Part shown: piece by piece, positions 11,190 through 23,955 of the stretch
Layout of the letters: each line of letters starts with the position of its first letter
Numbering within the stretch: the stretch's first letter is position 1
Origin: Vicugna vicugna
Taxonomy: Eukaryota
Assembly: GCA_013265495.1 (NCBI GenBank)
Contig: MU058584.1
Coordinates: forward strand, 6,972,407-7,036,406
Length of the DNA stretch: 64,000 bases
Direction: 5' to 3'
Program-made: the position numbers and the translations under genes
Notes under the pieces: generated by a model
Databases searched by the model: none
What the model saw: the letters and a program-made list of their open reading frames with translations, nothing else
What the model was told of the DNA's origin: nothing

Positions 11190-11410
11190 GAAAGGACACA
11201 GACTTCGAAACCAGACAGACCGGGGTTCAGATATGACCATGTCCAGTCAACAATTTGGGGAAATTCACTCTTTTACTCTAAGTTCTACTCTATGTCCATG
11301 AAATGAGGATAAACATTTCTTCTACAAAGGGTTAGTGTGAATATTAAATGAAGTCATACATCTAGTATTTAACACAGTACCTGAGTCCCAATGAGTGATT
11401 AGTGCATACA
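11190..11410 (+). mobile_element. MIR SINE
   Basis: Degenerate MIR core and tail (AAATGAGGATAA..GTGAATATTAAATGAAGTCATACAT..TTAACACAGTACCTG). Confidence 0.6.
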
Positions 11411-11599
11411 TCAGTAACCTTCCCCTTCTCCCAGGGGAATGCTGGCAAACATCTAACAATCATCTTTCCCAAGAAAGTTCACTGTTTGCAGATTTTCACA
11501 GTATAAACACTCCACCGTGGCTGATTTCAACCCATCAACCTGAACACAGAATTGGGAAGAGATACATAGAGTTGACCCTCACACTGCTGCACAGAATGG

Positions 11600-11910
11600 C
11601 TCTTTCTCCTCCCGCTCTCCACCTCTGCAGTTCCTTCTCTTTCAGATCTCAGCTCAAACGCCTCTTCATGAGGGGAGCGGCCCTGATCCCCAGACTAGGT
11701 CAAGTCTTCTATTATTTTTCTCATACTACTGTGTGCCTTTGCTTCCAAACCTTTCTCACAATATATAATTTTTAGTTGATTAACCTCCGTTATACCCATT
11801 AAACTGTAAGTGCCGGAAAGACAGAAACTGTATATTGCTCTTCATTATATCTGCAGCACCTAGCTCAACTCTGGTACAAAGAAGAGACTCAATAAATATG
11901 TGTTGAACTA
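11600..11910 (-). mobile_element. L2 3' fragment
   Basis: TTCAGATCTCAGCTCAAA..CTCAATAAATATGTGTTGAA is an L2 3'-end signature. Confidence 0.65.
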
Positions 11911-11933
11911 GTCAAGCAATCAGGCAATTGAAA

Positions 11934-11985
11934 ATGGATAGGTGGGTGGATGGAGAGATGGATAGATGGATGGATGCATGGATGG
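11934..11985. repeat. Degenerate (GGAT)n simple repeat
   Basis: atggataggtgggtggatggagagatggatagatggatggatgcatggatgg. Confidence 0.7.
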
Positions 11986-12202
11986 AACTGAGTTTTTGTC
12001 CCTTGTCAAAACTGTACACAGTTACTCCCCCTCTAACTTGTCTCAACCCTCCTCTGAATACTTTTGCACAAACTTGCTCAAATCAGTCCTCTTTGAAAGT
12101 AAAATATTTTCTGATGGTTGGAGAACCTCAGTACAGTGGCAGATTTCCTGAATGGCAGTCATCTGACTACCTGACTCCTCTGTAACTGAGACAGTTTTCC
12201 AG

Positions 12203-12302
12203 GGGGGAAGGTATAGCTCAAGTGGTAGAGCTTATGCTGAGCATCCATGAGGTCCTGGGTTCAATCCCCAGTACCTCCTCTAAGAATAAATAAATAAACC
12301 TA
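12203..12302 (+). mobile_element. tRNA-derived SINE (camelid Vic-1-like)
   Basis: A box TAGCTCAAGTGG, B box GGTTCAATCCC, (AAAT)n tail. TSD ACAGTTTTCCAG (12191-12202) / ACAGTTCTCCAG (12303-12314). Confidence 0.85.
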
Positions 12303-12361
12303 ACAGTTCTCCAGAGTCCACTTTGGAACTTGAATCTACATCCAATTTCTGCATCTGTTTC

Positions 12362-12715
12362 TGTAAAAAAGAAAAAAAAATTAATAAAACAGAAACCTCA
12401 ATTAAATACAGTCAGGAAATCAGAAGGAGGAGTTTGCATGCCCTTCAGTGACAGCAGAGCTCAATAGGAAGAAGAAAGGCTCCTCTTCTTTTCTGCAAGG
12501 ACTCAGCTAATGAAAAGCCATTGACCCTTTGTTCACCATCGCCCTCCCAGCTTCCTTTCCCCCTGTACAAAAGTGCTGTCCTTCGCTTTGCCATGCAGGG
12601 ACTTGCATGTGCTCACCATAGTTGCAGACCCCAGATTGCAATTTTCTGCTGATCCCAAGCATACCTGTCTTAGCTGGAGAGAAAACTGGCAGGCTAGATT
12701 TGTCTCAGGTCAGCA
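12362..12715 (+). mobile_element. ERV1-like solo LTR
   Basis: TG...CA termini with a perfect 4-bp TSD TTTC (12358-12361 / 12716-12719). Confidence 0.7.
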
Positions 12716-13479
12716 TTTCTTACCACTCCTGCTACATAATGCCTCTATCCAAGTTACAGATTCAGATCAACACTTACTTAGCTTGACTCTTCCAGCGAAA
12801 TACTTTTTTGTTTATAACTAGAAATATTTCCCCATATTCAGAATTATTATCTCCACTCTCCAAGGGTAGCTTGGCGAAACTAAGTGGACTGTCCTCCAAG
12901 GAAAGAAACATTCATCTTGAAGTACTTCTTAGGGTGTTGTGTGAAAATCAGTCTCCTTAAAACTTCTGGTTAAACACGGCAGATGGAACATGTGTGATTA
13001 TTTTTATTTCATTTCTTTAAAACAACATTAAAGGGAGAAAAGAGAGACAACAGCAGGTGGGCAATATCATCATATTTTCAGTAGATAAAAAGCAGACTAA
13101 CAAAGTGAGGGGAGTTTACAGCCTAAATTAACACAGACAGAAATACCATACGAAACCACAGAACCTTAGGAAAGCTGAGGATCTAGAGGCGTCCAGCGTG
13201 GCAAAGGGCAGGGATGGGGCAAGTATATAAAACCAGGTGGGTTAAAGCCTTCATTCCAAAGGGTGAGCCTGAGGTCCTTTCACCCTGCATCCAGAATACC
13301 ACCATCCAGGCAGAGGAGTGGCCCTTTCTTCTCTGGAAAGTCTGAATGGCTCTAGGGAAAAACTTCTGGATTCTAACTGTAGGGGACCTCAGCAAAAAAA
13401 GTGGAGAGCCTAAAGTTCCAGCCTGATTACTTCGTGATCAGTCTTACTAGTTGAAAAGACCTGCACAAGTGTACAAAGT

Positions 13480-14580
13480 CACCCATCAACAGTTTGGGCC
13501 TGTGCTCTGAAATGTGAAGAGGAAGACAAAAAGATCAACATATGTTTCAGGAAATCACCTAGTACATAAGGCAGGACCGAAACAAGCACAGAAGAGAAGA
13601 AGCTGGGGGAAATAAAAATAATGCATGAGTGAACATCAAAAGAATTATAATGCCCGTCCTCTGAGAAATAAAAGATAGTGTTGGGCCTGCGTAACAAGAA
13701 CAGAATATTATTGTAAAAGGAACACTAGGACAGGAACGACCTTGTAGAAACCAAAAATAAGAATGGAAGATAAAGTTCAGGAATTCTCAGAGAGTGCGAC
13801 AAAAAAACGAAAATGTTGGACGGTACAAAAACAAGAAAATTTAAGGACCAGTCTAGGAAATTTAACATCTGAATAACAGGACTTTCAGAAGGAGAAGAGG
13901 ACAAGCATGATAAAATTATCGTAAGGAAGCAAAATTTGCCACCCCATAATGTGTCTCCTAGGCGTGAGGATTATTTTTGGCTGATTATTTTTAAGAAACA
14001 GAAGTCTCGGAAAGTCTTTCTTTTTACCTCCTCCCTAGCTGCCTAAAGAATTTAGATAAAGAGTCTGTTTCTAGAATAGAGATGTCTACAAAAAATATGG
14101 GCTAGGTGTGGCTGGGGAGACTTGGCAAGGCCCAGAGATCAGAGTCCACTCTGTGTCCCATTGTCTCTACCTGGCCTAGCAAACATTTGTTTACCAAATA
14201 GCTGATTTTTCATCTCCATGTGAATTGCCTTCCTCCCTTTTGAAGTCCCAAACCCCAACATCCTCTTTGGTCTTTAGCTGAAGATGGTATTCAAGGTGAG
14301 GGTTTTGACCATTTTGGTGAGTTACTCATTTTTTCTAGCTCTGTCCCATTTATACGTGTTACTAAAGTTTCATTCGATTTTTTTTTCCTATTAATCTGTC
14401 TCATGTCAGTTTAACCCTCAGATCAGCCAGAAGAATCAGAAAAAGTAGAGGAAAATTTTTCCTCCCCAATATTATCAGAGAAATAATACAATCCCCCACC
14501 CCCACCCCCAAAACTGAAGACCCAGTGGAAAAGCCCACTGAGCACACAGCACAATGAATGAAAAAAGCCTCAAACTGAAT
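13480..14580 (+). mobile_element. Old L1 (L1M) ORF1-region remnant, interrupted by an LTR
   Basis: A-rich L1 ORF1-like text (AACATCTGAATAACAGGACTTTCAGAAGGAGAAGAG..ATTAT[LTR]CAGAGAAATAATACA..GAAAAGCCCACTGAG) continues on both sides of the LTR. Confidence 0.5.
13920..14471 (+). mobile_element. ERV1-like solo LTR (MER34/MER39-like start GTAAGGAAGCAAAATTTGCCACCCC)
   Basis: 4-bp TSD TTAT (13916-13919 / 14472-14475); termini have drifted to CG...TA. Both ends match the reverse complement of the ends of the LTR at 20360-20861. Confidence 0.75.
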
Positions 14581-16136
14581 CACGGCGGAGTTCTATTTCC
14601 AATGTGTAACGTTTGAGCAGCTGTTACAGATACCAGTGAAAATATCGCATGAATAGTTAGATACAGGAGTCCAGAGCTCAGGGGAGAAGTCAGGGTTGGA
14701 GATGCAAAGTGGCATGCATTAGCTTGTAAAAGTATTTGAAGCCAAAACGTTGAATAAAATAACCTATAGAGAGTTAGATATAAAAAGACAGAGGGGAAAA
14801 GGAGAAACAGATAAGAGAGAAAGGGAGAGGCTAGAGCTCAAAGAAGAATCCTGCAGAGGATGTAGGTGATACACACATAAACATGCCTCGAGGAAACACG
14901 GAGAAGAAAGTACTTCGGGAGGTGGGCAAGGTCAGCTGTGTCAAAGGCAACCAGCATAGAGGGAAACCAGGGTACAGAGCAGATCTGCTCATTGGACTTA
15001 CTGACTCTAAGAGCACCAGTGACTTTAGTAAAAACTGCACATCTTTCAGAAGCATTAATTCAAAGATTAGAGTTGGAGTATGGTAGGATGGAGAAAGACA
15101 CCGGTTATTAATAATTTAAATGCCAGGTAATATAAAACATTATTTTGACATTAAAATAAAAGTGAACAATTTATGGAACAGAATACAGTATTTGCATTAA
15201 TTTTTGAGCTGAATCAGGAGACCTCAAAGAAATTGGGCTACATGCCATATGTCCCTTCTCTCCCAAACCTCACAGAAGTATTTTGCTCTGGGCCCAGGGC
15301 TGCCCAGACTTAGTCATATTAATATATTGACAGTTCAATGGGAAATTTTGAGAAGCTCCACCCAAAGCATGAATACATTAACAAATGGCTCCCCCTGGTG
15401 ACTCAATTTTTTAGAGACGCTTTCAAAAGTCACCCTCCCAGAGACAGGATTGAGGGACAAGCCAGGAGCGCATTTGGTGAGTTGCCATAGACATGACTGG
15501 TCCAGCTCACATGCTGTGTTCATCCTGGGCAGCCTCTTGTCACTGTAGGCTGAATTAATGTCTGCTAAGTATTTGAGGAGATTTCCCCCTATATGTTTCT
15601 GAAGAGTCATTTACACTGTCTACATTTCATTGAATGGGCCTTATGCCTGTATTTCAGTGGGAGACACAACAGTCCCAATGGAGGGACTGGACTAGGTCAT
15701 TGGTCTTTTAACTGTCCTGTTATCTGCATCAAGGGATCAAAGACACTTGAAGGGGAGGAAAAACTAAAGGATGGCTTCCCCCGAACCCAACCCACACACC
15801 TGCTTTTTTATCTGTCTTACATATTGGAGTACCCAGTAATATTTTATTAGGGAAAATGACACCCTGTTAAAAATTTGGAAGCCACTCATTCCTACTAACT
15901 CCAATAGAAAAGGATTCTGTGGATAAATGTTATATTCAGTCATCTCATTGTCATCCCTGGTTCTGCATTCAAGTGGAGATGCCCAGTAGGTAGCTGCATA
16001 TTCCAGTCTGGAACACCTGAGAGACAGCGGGTTCTCATTTTTCAAAAGCACTGGATAGTACAGAACACTGTATTTCTGCAATACATTCAGGAGGAATATT
16101 CCTTATAGTATTGTTCTGTGTACTAACTGATGGCAT

Positions 16137-16550
16137 TGTTACGGAAACGACAGGCCAGCCAAGAAACAAGCACCACTCGGAGGGTTGGAGTACTCAGATG
16201 TATTATGCTGGCAGGCTCAGAGGGGCTTCTGCTCCGAAGCTCTGAGCACCTCCAAGACGTGCGCATGACATTTTATAGGGTAAAGTACAAGCTAGGGGTA
16301 TTCGGCCAATAGGCATGGAACAGCTTCAGCAGCATTATCATCACAAAAGTGGAGGTGGGGAGGCAGCAAACCAACATTCCAAAGCCAGATATGTATCTTT
16401 GAAAATCCAGCTGGCTAGCAAAAAAACATGAACAGCAAGCCAACACTAATTAACTTAGATTTACAAGTTAGTCCAGCAGAACTCAGATCAGTATTCCAAT
16501 ACGTAGACTTGTGAGTTATCTTGTTAGCCCAGCCCAGCTTTTCCTTCACA
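16137..16550 (-). mobile_element. ERV solo LTR, apparently relatively young
   Basis: TGT...ACA termini, perfect 4-bp TSD GCAT (16133-16136 / 16551-16554), several CpGs retained. Minus-strand AATACA and TATAAAA motifs (plus-strand TGTATT, TTTTATA). Confidence 0.75.
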
Positions 16551-17670
16551 GCATAAGTCCCCAAAAGCAATTCTAGGAGGGAACAAAATAGCCAAGTACA
16601 AGTAAGCAGGTACCTGATATGCTGGAAGGACTACATATCCATTAGAAATCTTTCCTGAATATTATTCCTCTCAAATGAGCTTTTGGCAAGGATTCAGCTC
16701 CTTACAAATACATGGTCATTTAAGGGAGTGTCTCTCTGCACTTTGACAATCAATTCTGCCAACATTTGCACAACTGTGAGAACATTTGCCTACAATAACG
16801 TAAGCCTGGAAAAAATTCTCCTTGCTCATGTTACCAATTGCCCAAATGGTAAAAAGAAAACATCAATGAAGTATTTTTATTTTAACCTTAGCAGTGTGTT
16901 TTGCAGTGAACCCTTCAGGATATTCTAATTGCAATACGTAGTCCTGGGTAATTGAATGAATTAACCTGCTTGCTTATTTTGTAGGAATCAATTTAACATC
17001 AGAGCATAACTCCTGAAAATGATATATGTAATAGGTTGCAGTGCCTACTCTTTTAGCGCTTACAGGAAATTAAACAAATCATCACAAAATAAATACATAA
17101 TTGCAGACTGAAAAATGCTTTGAAGGAACATTCCAGTAAGACAGAATGACAGAGTGACCTAATTTAAACTGTGAAGGGATGTTATCAGGGAAGCTCTCTG
17201 AGTAAGTGACATTTAAACTAAGATGTAAAGAATTAGTAATACTCTCCAGCTAAAGAATGGAGGGTTAAGGGTATCTCAGGCAGAAGACAGCAGGTAGAAA
17301 ATCCCTGAGGCAAAAGATAGTCCAGTGCTGCTGGAAATCAGTGAACAAGGTGATTGGCAGGGGAGGATTCTGAAGAGTCAAAATCAAACAAGCCAAATAA
17401 AGCAAGACTTTATGGGCCATGGGAAAGATGTCTGCTTTTATCATGATGAATGTTATAAACAAAAAGTACTACAAAGAGCTTTTAGCAGCTTTATTAAGCT
17501 ATAATTGACCTACCATATAATTAATCCATTTATGCCTATAGTTAATGATGAGTTTAATAAATTTATACAGTTATGCAACCATCATTACAATCGCCCCCCA
17601 AAAAGTTAATTTGTGCCTATTTGCACCTATCTTTTCCCACCCCTATCTGAGGCAACTACTAATCTGGTGG

Positions 17671-18340
17671 TGTTACTGAACCAAATTTTCACAGCAAAGC
17701 CAATCTACTGACACTGGATTGTGGTAAAGAGAAGTACAGTGTTATTGCAAGGGGCCAAGCAAGGAGAATGGGCAGCTCATGCTCAAAAGACTCAAACTCC
17801 CTGATGACTTCCAGGGAAAGGTTCTTAAAGCAATATTAGGGACAAGGATTGCAGGGTATGTGATCAGCTCATGGACTTTCTTCTGATTGTTTGGTGGTGA
17901 GGCAACAGGGTGAAGACATTTTGAGAACATTAATCATCAACCTTCTGATTCCAACCAGTGTGGGATCTTCCTACTTGCTTGTGGTCAGCATATAGTCACC
18001 ATCGTCCACTTTGTCGGGTGGGGAGAGGGCAGGGAGGGTCTTAGTTTCTGTAGAACAATTCAAAGATATGCATCAGATTGCTATGTATATCCCTTAAGGG
18101 GAAACTAGGACCCGGGTTTTATCCCTGAACTATCCTTTAACCTATCATTACTTTTCTTACTGGGCTGTGTTTCCTTTGTTTCTGCACTCCCGCGTTTCCC
18201 TAATTAGCAACTGCTTGAGTCTACTCTTTAGAACTCAGGGAAGGTCTAGAAGACTAAAGCCTTTTGCTACAAACAAGAAACAGAGGACACAGAGAGGCTT
18301 TTGTACCCAGGAGGGCCCTGCAGGGTCCTGTTCCGTCTCA
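17671..18340 (-). mobile_element. ERV1-like solo LTR, same family as 40274-40828
   Basis: TGTTACTGAA...CAGGGTCCTGTTCCGTCTCA is the reverse complement of the pattern TGAAACAGAGCGGGACCCTG...TTCGGTAACA at 40274-40828, and internal blocks also correspond. Confidence 0.8.
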
Positions 18341-18785
18341 CAGTCTGTCTCCGTAGTTTCTTCTTTTCTAGAAATTTCATATAAATAAAATCATACACTG
18401 TGTAGGCATTTGTGTCTGGCTTCTTTCACTGAGCACAATGTTTTTGAGATTCAGCAATGTCATTGTAGTTTGTTCCCCTTTTTTGCTGCATAACATTCAA
18501 AGGTGTGCATGTAATGCACATTTATCCATTCACCAGTTGATGGACATTTGGATTGTTTCCAGATGGTGTCTGTTATGAATAAGACAGCTATGAACATTCA
18601 TCTGCAAGTCTTGGTGTGGATATATTTGTACTTCTCTTGGGTACATCTCTAGAAGTGGACTTGCTAGATCCTATGGTAAGTTCTTGTTTGACATTTTTAA
18701 GAAACTGCCAAGTGGCTGCATGATTTTACACTCCCACCAGAAATGCATGAGACCTACAGTTTCTCTACATCCTCACCAACACTTG

Positions 18786-19264
18786 TGATGAAGGAATAAA
18801 ATTCATATTTTATGGCAAGACGAGAAAAATTTAAACAAAGTTTTTCTTTGCCCCTTTGGTCCTCCTCCCTCCCCTTTAGTGTGTATGGTGCATCTGCATT
18901 AACCAGACCTCCTTGGGAGAGCATATTCATTCTTAATCTCATCAAGGGTCACAGCTCCTTAGGAAATAACCATCCTTGATCTTTTAAGGGGCCAGAAGTG
19001 GTCTTGATCTTGTAAGTGGGCCACATGACTCACAACCTGCTACTTTGTATGTGTAGGTCTAGACTGTGTAAACTGTCAATAATATGTCAATCCATGTACA
19101 GCCCTCTGTCTCAAAAACTTATATAACTGTGCTTCGACCTTTTATAGACAGAACTGTCCTCAGAGCTTTCTGAAAGACTGCTTCCTGGGTTATAATCCTT
19201 AATTTGGCCTGAATAAAATTTTCCATTTCTTCCTTAGATTGACTGATTAATTTTCTCCTGGACA
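18786..19264 (+). mobile_element. ERV-like solo LTR inserted in L1
   Basis: TG...CA, TATATAA box near 19120, AATAAA at 19212. The L1 resumes immediately afterwards. Confidence 0.7.
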
Positions 19265-19680
19265 GTCTGACTTATTTTTATCTTAGTCATTCTAGTGGGT
19301 CTGTAGTAGTATCTCTTTGTGGTTTTAATTTGAATTTCCCTGACAAATAATAATATTGAACATCTGTTCTTTACTATACTTATGTGCCTTCCATATATAC
19401 TCTTAAGTGATTATTCAAATCTTTTGCTCATTTTTAAAATTGGGTTGTTTATCTTATTGAGTTGTAAGAAGTCTTTATATATTCTGGATATGAATCAGAT
19501 ATATGATTCATATCTTTGTATCAGTTACATGATTGTAAACACATTTTCCCAGTCTATGGCTTGCCTTTTCATTTTCTTACTGCTTAGGAATTTGAATAGG
19601 TGAGTATACAAGCATGCAAATTATGAAGCTATTGCTGTAACTCAGGCAAAAGATGTTAGTTTAAAAATAGGGGTAATGTA

Positions 19681-19820
19681 GGGGAGGGTACAGCTCAGTG
19701 GTAGAGTACATGCTTAGCATAACACAAGTCCTGGGTTCAATCCCCAGTACCTCCAGTTGAAAAAGAAAATTAAAAGATAAATAAATAAACCTGATTACCT
19801 CCCCCTACACCCCTCCCAAA
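19681..19820 (+). mobile_element. tRNA-derived SINE (camelid Vic-1-like)
   Basis: GGGGAGGGTACAGCTCAGTGGTAGAG..GGGTTCAATCCCCAGTACCTCC..AAACCTGATTACCTCCCCC; TSD core AAAAATAGGGG on both sides. Confidence 0.85.
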
Positions 19821-20322
19821 AAATAGGGGCAGTAAAGGTGGAGGAGAACTGACAGATTTCAGATATATTTTGAAGATATAATTCATAGGCCTTGGCGATG
19901 CATTAGACATATAATTCTGATTTTCTGGCACGAAAATAGATTGGATAGAGTCACCATTTTCTGATACAAAGGACATATGATCATCAGATTTGAGAATGGG
20001 AAATCAAGAGTTCAGTTTAAATAGCTTTGAGATATTTGTGAATTTCTATTCATAAATTTCACAAAATTATTAAAATTATTATTTAAAATAATTTTAAAAG
20101 ATAGATTCTTAGAAATAGGATTGCTGGGCCAACAGATAAAACTGATAGGCACTGCCAAATGCTTTTCAGTGTCCTTTCACTCACATCCTTGTTAAATTTA
20201 GATGGTATCAATCTTTTTTTAATTGGCTCCTTTATATAATTCTATCTCCTATACTTTAATTTATAGGTAAATGTGAAAAACTGAATTTTGATTCACATTT
20301 CCCTGATTCTTGATTGAACAAC

Positions 20323-21112
20323 TGTGATATTATAATTTATGAGAAATATATGTTTGGTCTGTCAAGGAGGAAGAAATTTTCCTCTACCTTTCTAGGTTCT
20401 TCTGGCTGGCCTAAAAATTACATTGATGTAAGACAAATTAACAGGAGAAAAATCAAACAAAAATTTAGTAACATGTATACATGGGGGAGACCCAGAAAAA
20501 ACAGTAACTTGCCAAAATGGCTGAAACCCTTGCCTTCTGTATCATCTTCAGCTAAAGACAAAGAGGATGTTGGGGATGGTGGTTTGAGACCTCACGGGGA
20601 GAAAGGCAATTGATACGGAGATGAAAACAGAGGAATTTGACAAGTAGATTTCTTTGGTTTCTCCCTGTCTACATACCTAGTTCATCCTATACTCATCTAT
20701 GGTGATAGCTCCCTTCCAGGAAGAGGCCCTCTATCCAAATTCTTCAAACAGTTAGAGGAAAAATCACTTTCTTCCTGAGTCTTCTGGATCTCGATCGTTT
20801 TCAGTTCAAAATAATCTTCATGCCAAAGGACATTTGGGGTGGCAAATTTTGCTCCCCTACAGGTCATTCAGATGACCAAAATATATTTCTCATATGGTAT
20901 ATATATATTTCATTTTCATCCATGGTTCCTGGTTCACAGCTGCCACAACCCTCATTTCCTGAGCAATAAAAGCAGGTGGGGCAACTTTTGTCATAACATT
21001 TGATCTCCTGTCCTCAGTTGCCTGAAAACACTTTAGACCACAACGGTGGAATGGGTGTCTTGTTATTCAAAACAAGCCCTCTTCCACCACAGCTGGGTTT
21101 ATGTTAACGAGA
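20323..21112 (+). mobile_element. MER21-like LTR remnant hosting nested insertions
   Basis: TGTGATATTATAAT..ATATATGTTTGGTC start; GGTTCCTGGTTCACAGCT; TGTTATTCAAAACAAGCCCTCTTCCACCACAGCTGGGTTTATGTTAACGAG resembles recalled MER21 text. Confidence 0.55.
20360..20861 (-). mobile_element. ERV1-like solo LTR (related to 13920-14471)
   Basis: TGT...ACA termini with a perfect TSD GGTC (20356-20359 / 20862-20865). Confidence 0.8.
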
Positions 21113-22790
21113 TTATTATCTGAAAACTGGGTTTGCTTCTTGGTTGGTGTTGAGCCAAAAGCAGAAGGAGGGGTTATTACTTGGAGCAAGTGAGGAGAAC
21201 ACTGGGGATCTTTCCCAAAACAGCATCTCTCTCTTTTTTTTTCTCCCACCACATCCCAGTTATTGAAAACACTGAAGGCCACCTCAACCAGTTGGGAGGT
21301 GTGGGTGTTAGGCCCTACCACAATCTTTTGAAGTATTGGGGGCGGGTGTCTGAAGCACTCTGAGATATGAAACAGGTGTTTGCTGCTACTACACTTCTTG
21401 GCTCCTCAGGGCCCAGGGTGGTGGGTTGCCTAAAGGCCTTCTCTAATCCTCTCCAAAAAAGGGGGGGGGCACAAAACAGTGCAAGTTAAAAGATGGTGTT
21501 ATAATTTAAGGAGCCATTCTCTGGTCATTTCTCCTGGTTACCTAGTTAGTTTGGGGGCCAGTGTTAACAAAAGAAAATAAGTTGTTTTCTTCATCATTGG
21601 GGTATAGCCACAGAGTTTCCAGTGACTCAGAATGTACTCTAAGGGGCTGTCAGAGGGGACTGACATCTGGTTGCCCATGTCCTTGGCTCTCAGATGAGGA
21701 CTAGTCTCCAACCAACAAGAGTGTAAGCAGATAGGGCAGGGGGTCCCCAGAGAGAGAGAACCAGGCATGGATTTCATGACAGAAGAGAAGCTAATTTTGG
21801 CCTAAGCTATTTTGTGATCTAAGCCTGGCCACAATGATTGCCCTTGAACAGGTCATGATCTTAAGGGAAAAAAAAAGATCTGAGGAATGATCTTAAGGAA
21901 AAAAAGAATGTAGAAACAAACTGTTATCAGGCAAGAGAAGTAACAGTAGTAAAGATAATGTATCGGCTGTAAAGACTCCCAGTTCTGTTTCAGTGGTAAA
22001 GATTAGCCACCAGATCAACGGGAACCTAAGCCCTAACCTAAGATCTTCGTGACTTGGACTCTGTTGACCACCCAAGTCACTTCCTGAATATGCATATACC
22101 ACCCAAACCCCTTCATGAATATGCATATATCCTTAGCTTTAAAATTCCCCAATTTTGCTATTCAGAGAGACACTGCTTTGGGAAAGATTCCCAGTGTTCT
22201 CCTTACTTGCTGCAAGTAATAAATCCTTCCTTCTCCCTGTCTCTGGCTTGGTTGTGTCTTCTGGCGCAACACCCGCCAAGAGGTGAACCGTTTTCTGGTA
22301 GCAAGAAGTCTAAGTGTTGGTGGAGACACGGAATCAGCTGTTCTTAGCTCACTGACCACTTCCTTCTCTAGAGAGTTGGTAAGATCTTCTAACAGATAAC
22401 CTAAAAGTGCACACTCAAGTTGTTCAGGTGTCCCATCCTGGCACCCCTCTACCAGAACCCCCTAGTGACAGTCAGAACCAGAAGAGACAGTTGCCTGATC
22501 AGCCTCCAGGGCTTAGAGGACAGGAATGTCTTACCATCCCTCAGACTCTTAGCGCCACCCCGACCAGAACTCGAGAAGACAGGACACCTTGCCCAGCCCC
22601 TTTGCGTCCCTTCAGCTCCCAGTAGGTGAGCCAGCGGGCTGCGGCAGCTCAGCCAGGTGAATGCACTCCTGTTGCTGGGGCACCTGCCAGAAAGCGCACA
22701 TCAGAATCCCTCGTGGTGCCTGCTTTCTCGGGTCCGCGCTCCTCCACTCACCTAACAGGCTCAGCTGCGCACGTATTACCAGATTCTCTA
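21113..22790 (-). mobile_element. Internally deleted class I ERV: leader, gag remnants and partial 3' LTR
   Basis: Minus-strand peptides MGNQMSVPSDSPLEYILSHWKLCGY (gag matrix start) and GPNTHTSQLVEVAFSVFNNWD (capsid C-terminal AFxVFNNRD motif), followed directly by LTR R/U5 sequence (21113-21225). CpG-rich leader at 22550-22780. Confidence 0.7.
21777..22303 (+). mobile_element. ERV LTR in opposite orientation within the deleted ERV
   Basis: TG...CA; TTTAAAA TATA-like site near 22138 and AATAAA near 22218. Its 3' ~130 bp is an inverted copy of 21113-21225. No matching TSD seen. Confidence 0.75.
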
Positions 22791-23729
22791 ACATTGATCT
22801 ATGGCACTTTTTTTTTTTTTTTACAGTAAGAGGTTACAGTGCTTCCAGATAATAAAATCATAGTATCAGCGTCTAGGTGTGCTTATCTCCTTTGTGAGCA
22901 AGGGGTCATGCACCCAGCTCAGAGAGATGGGATGTTGAGCCATTATGGATAGCAGTTTTAAAAGGAAGGTGTAGACTGCATCACACCACATTTTACCTCC
23001 AACTGAATTAAATATCTATTGACCCAGGTTTTCATGATGCTATTAAAGATTCTACATTAGCTTCAGTACCTCTGGGGACTACATGGAGCTAAGTGGCTAA
23101 GTCCAGAATAGATTCCTGACCACAGAGACAGAGGCCAAGGAAAGATCATTAAAAGCTGCACCCAATTTTATGCTGTTTTTAAGAGGTGATACACAAGGAA
23201 GATGATGGTCAGTAATGGAAGAGCCATGCATAATTCTCTCCTGTTTGTCCGGTAAACAATTTACCTGAGAGACCTCAACTAGAATTTTCTAGGAGTAAAC
23301 TTCCTGGCAAGCATTTTAGATTTACTTTCTGGTGAATTAAAGCTCTATAACCCGTGAGGGATGGAGAATTGACCTTTAAAAAAAAAAAATGAAATAAACC
23401 ACACTTTAAGTCCTACCAGATGGGACTTACAAACAGGATTAAAATACAAGCAAGTGCTACAAATTAGAAACCATTCTTCCACAAGCCTCAACTATCCTAA
23501 AGGAAGGAGATTTACACCAGACACTTTGTTCTTTTGCAGCCAGGCTATGCGAGAGTGTTCTGAGTCAGGAAAAGGCTTAGAATTGATTTTCTAGTTTGGG
23601 TTTCCTGTATTGTTACATTCCTAAGAAAACTGGAGCAAGGATTTGGAGTTGAACCAATTCTTTCAATGTTCTCATTCAAACAAGTGCAATTCACTACATA
23701 CCTGCTTCTCAAGCTCCATAATATCAAAA

Positions 23730-23955
23730 CAGCTAGTATTTCTTGAGCAATTGCCTTGTATAGACCAGTCAGCATCCTGTTACACATTAATTCTCACTAA
23801 TATTTTCAACAACCCCATTAAATAAGTATAATTTTCTCCCTGTTACAGATGAGAAAACCAAGACTCAAAGAAGTTAAGTAACATAGAACTAGTGTATGGC
23901 ATGGCCATGATTTAAATCTAGGTCTAGCTGATTCCAGAGCTTAGGTTCTTAACCA
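23730..23955 (-). mobile_element. MIR SINE
   Basis: TTACAGATGAGAAAACCAAGACTCAAAGAAGTTAAGTAA..GATTTAAATCTAGGTCT..GATTCCAGAGC. Confidence 0.75.

Larger units (their letters stand above)
17480..19580 (-). mobile_element. L1 (L1MB/MC-like) 3' region, interrupted by two LTRs
   Basis: Antisense L1 3' text (CAGCTTTATTAAGCTATAATTGAC, TGGACATTTGGATTGTTTCCAG, GTGGTTTTAATTTGAATTTCCCTGA, TTATTGAGTTGTAAG) resumes after each LTR. Confidence 0.8.

Noticed and set aside
12203..12280. tRNA gene calls for the GGGGAGGGTATAGCTCA... elements (also 19681, 30015, 32628, 62364)
   Set aside because: They have A-rich tails, TSDs and mutually divergent bodies, so they are SINEs rather than tRNA genes.
15335..15610. 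91-aa minus-strand ORF, and similar short intergenic ORFs (8654-8881, 9389-9736)
   Set aside because: No family recognised, and lengths are within chance expectation.
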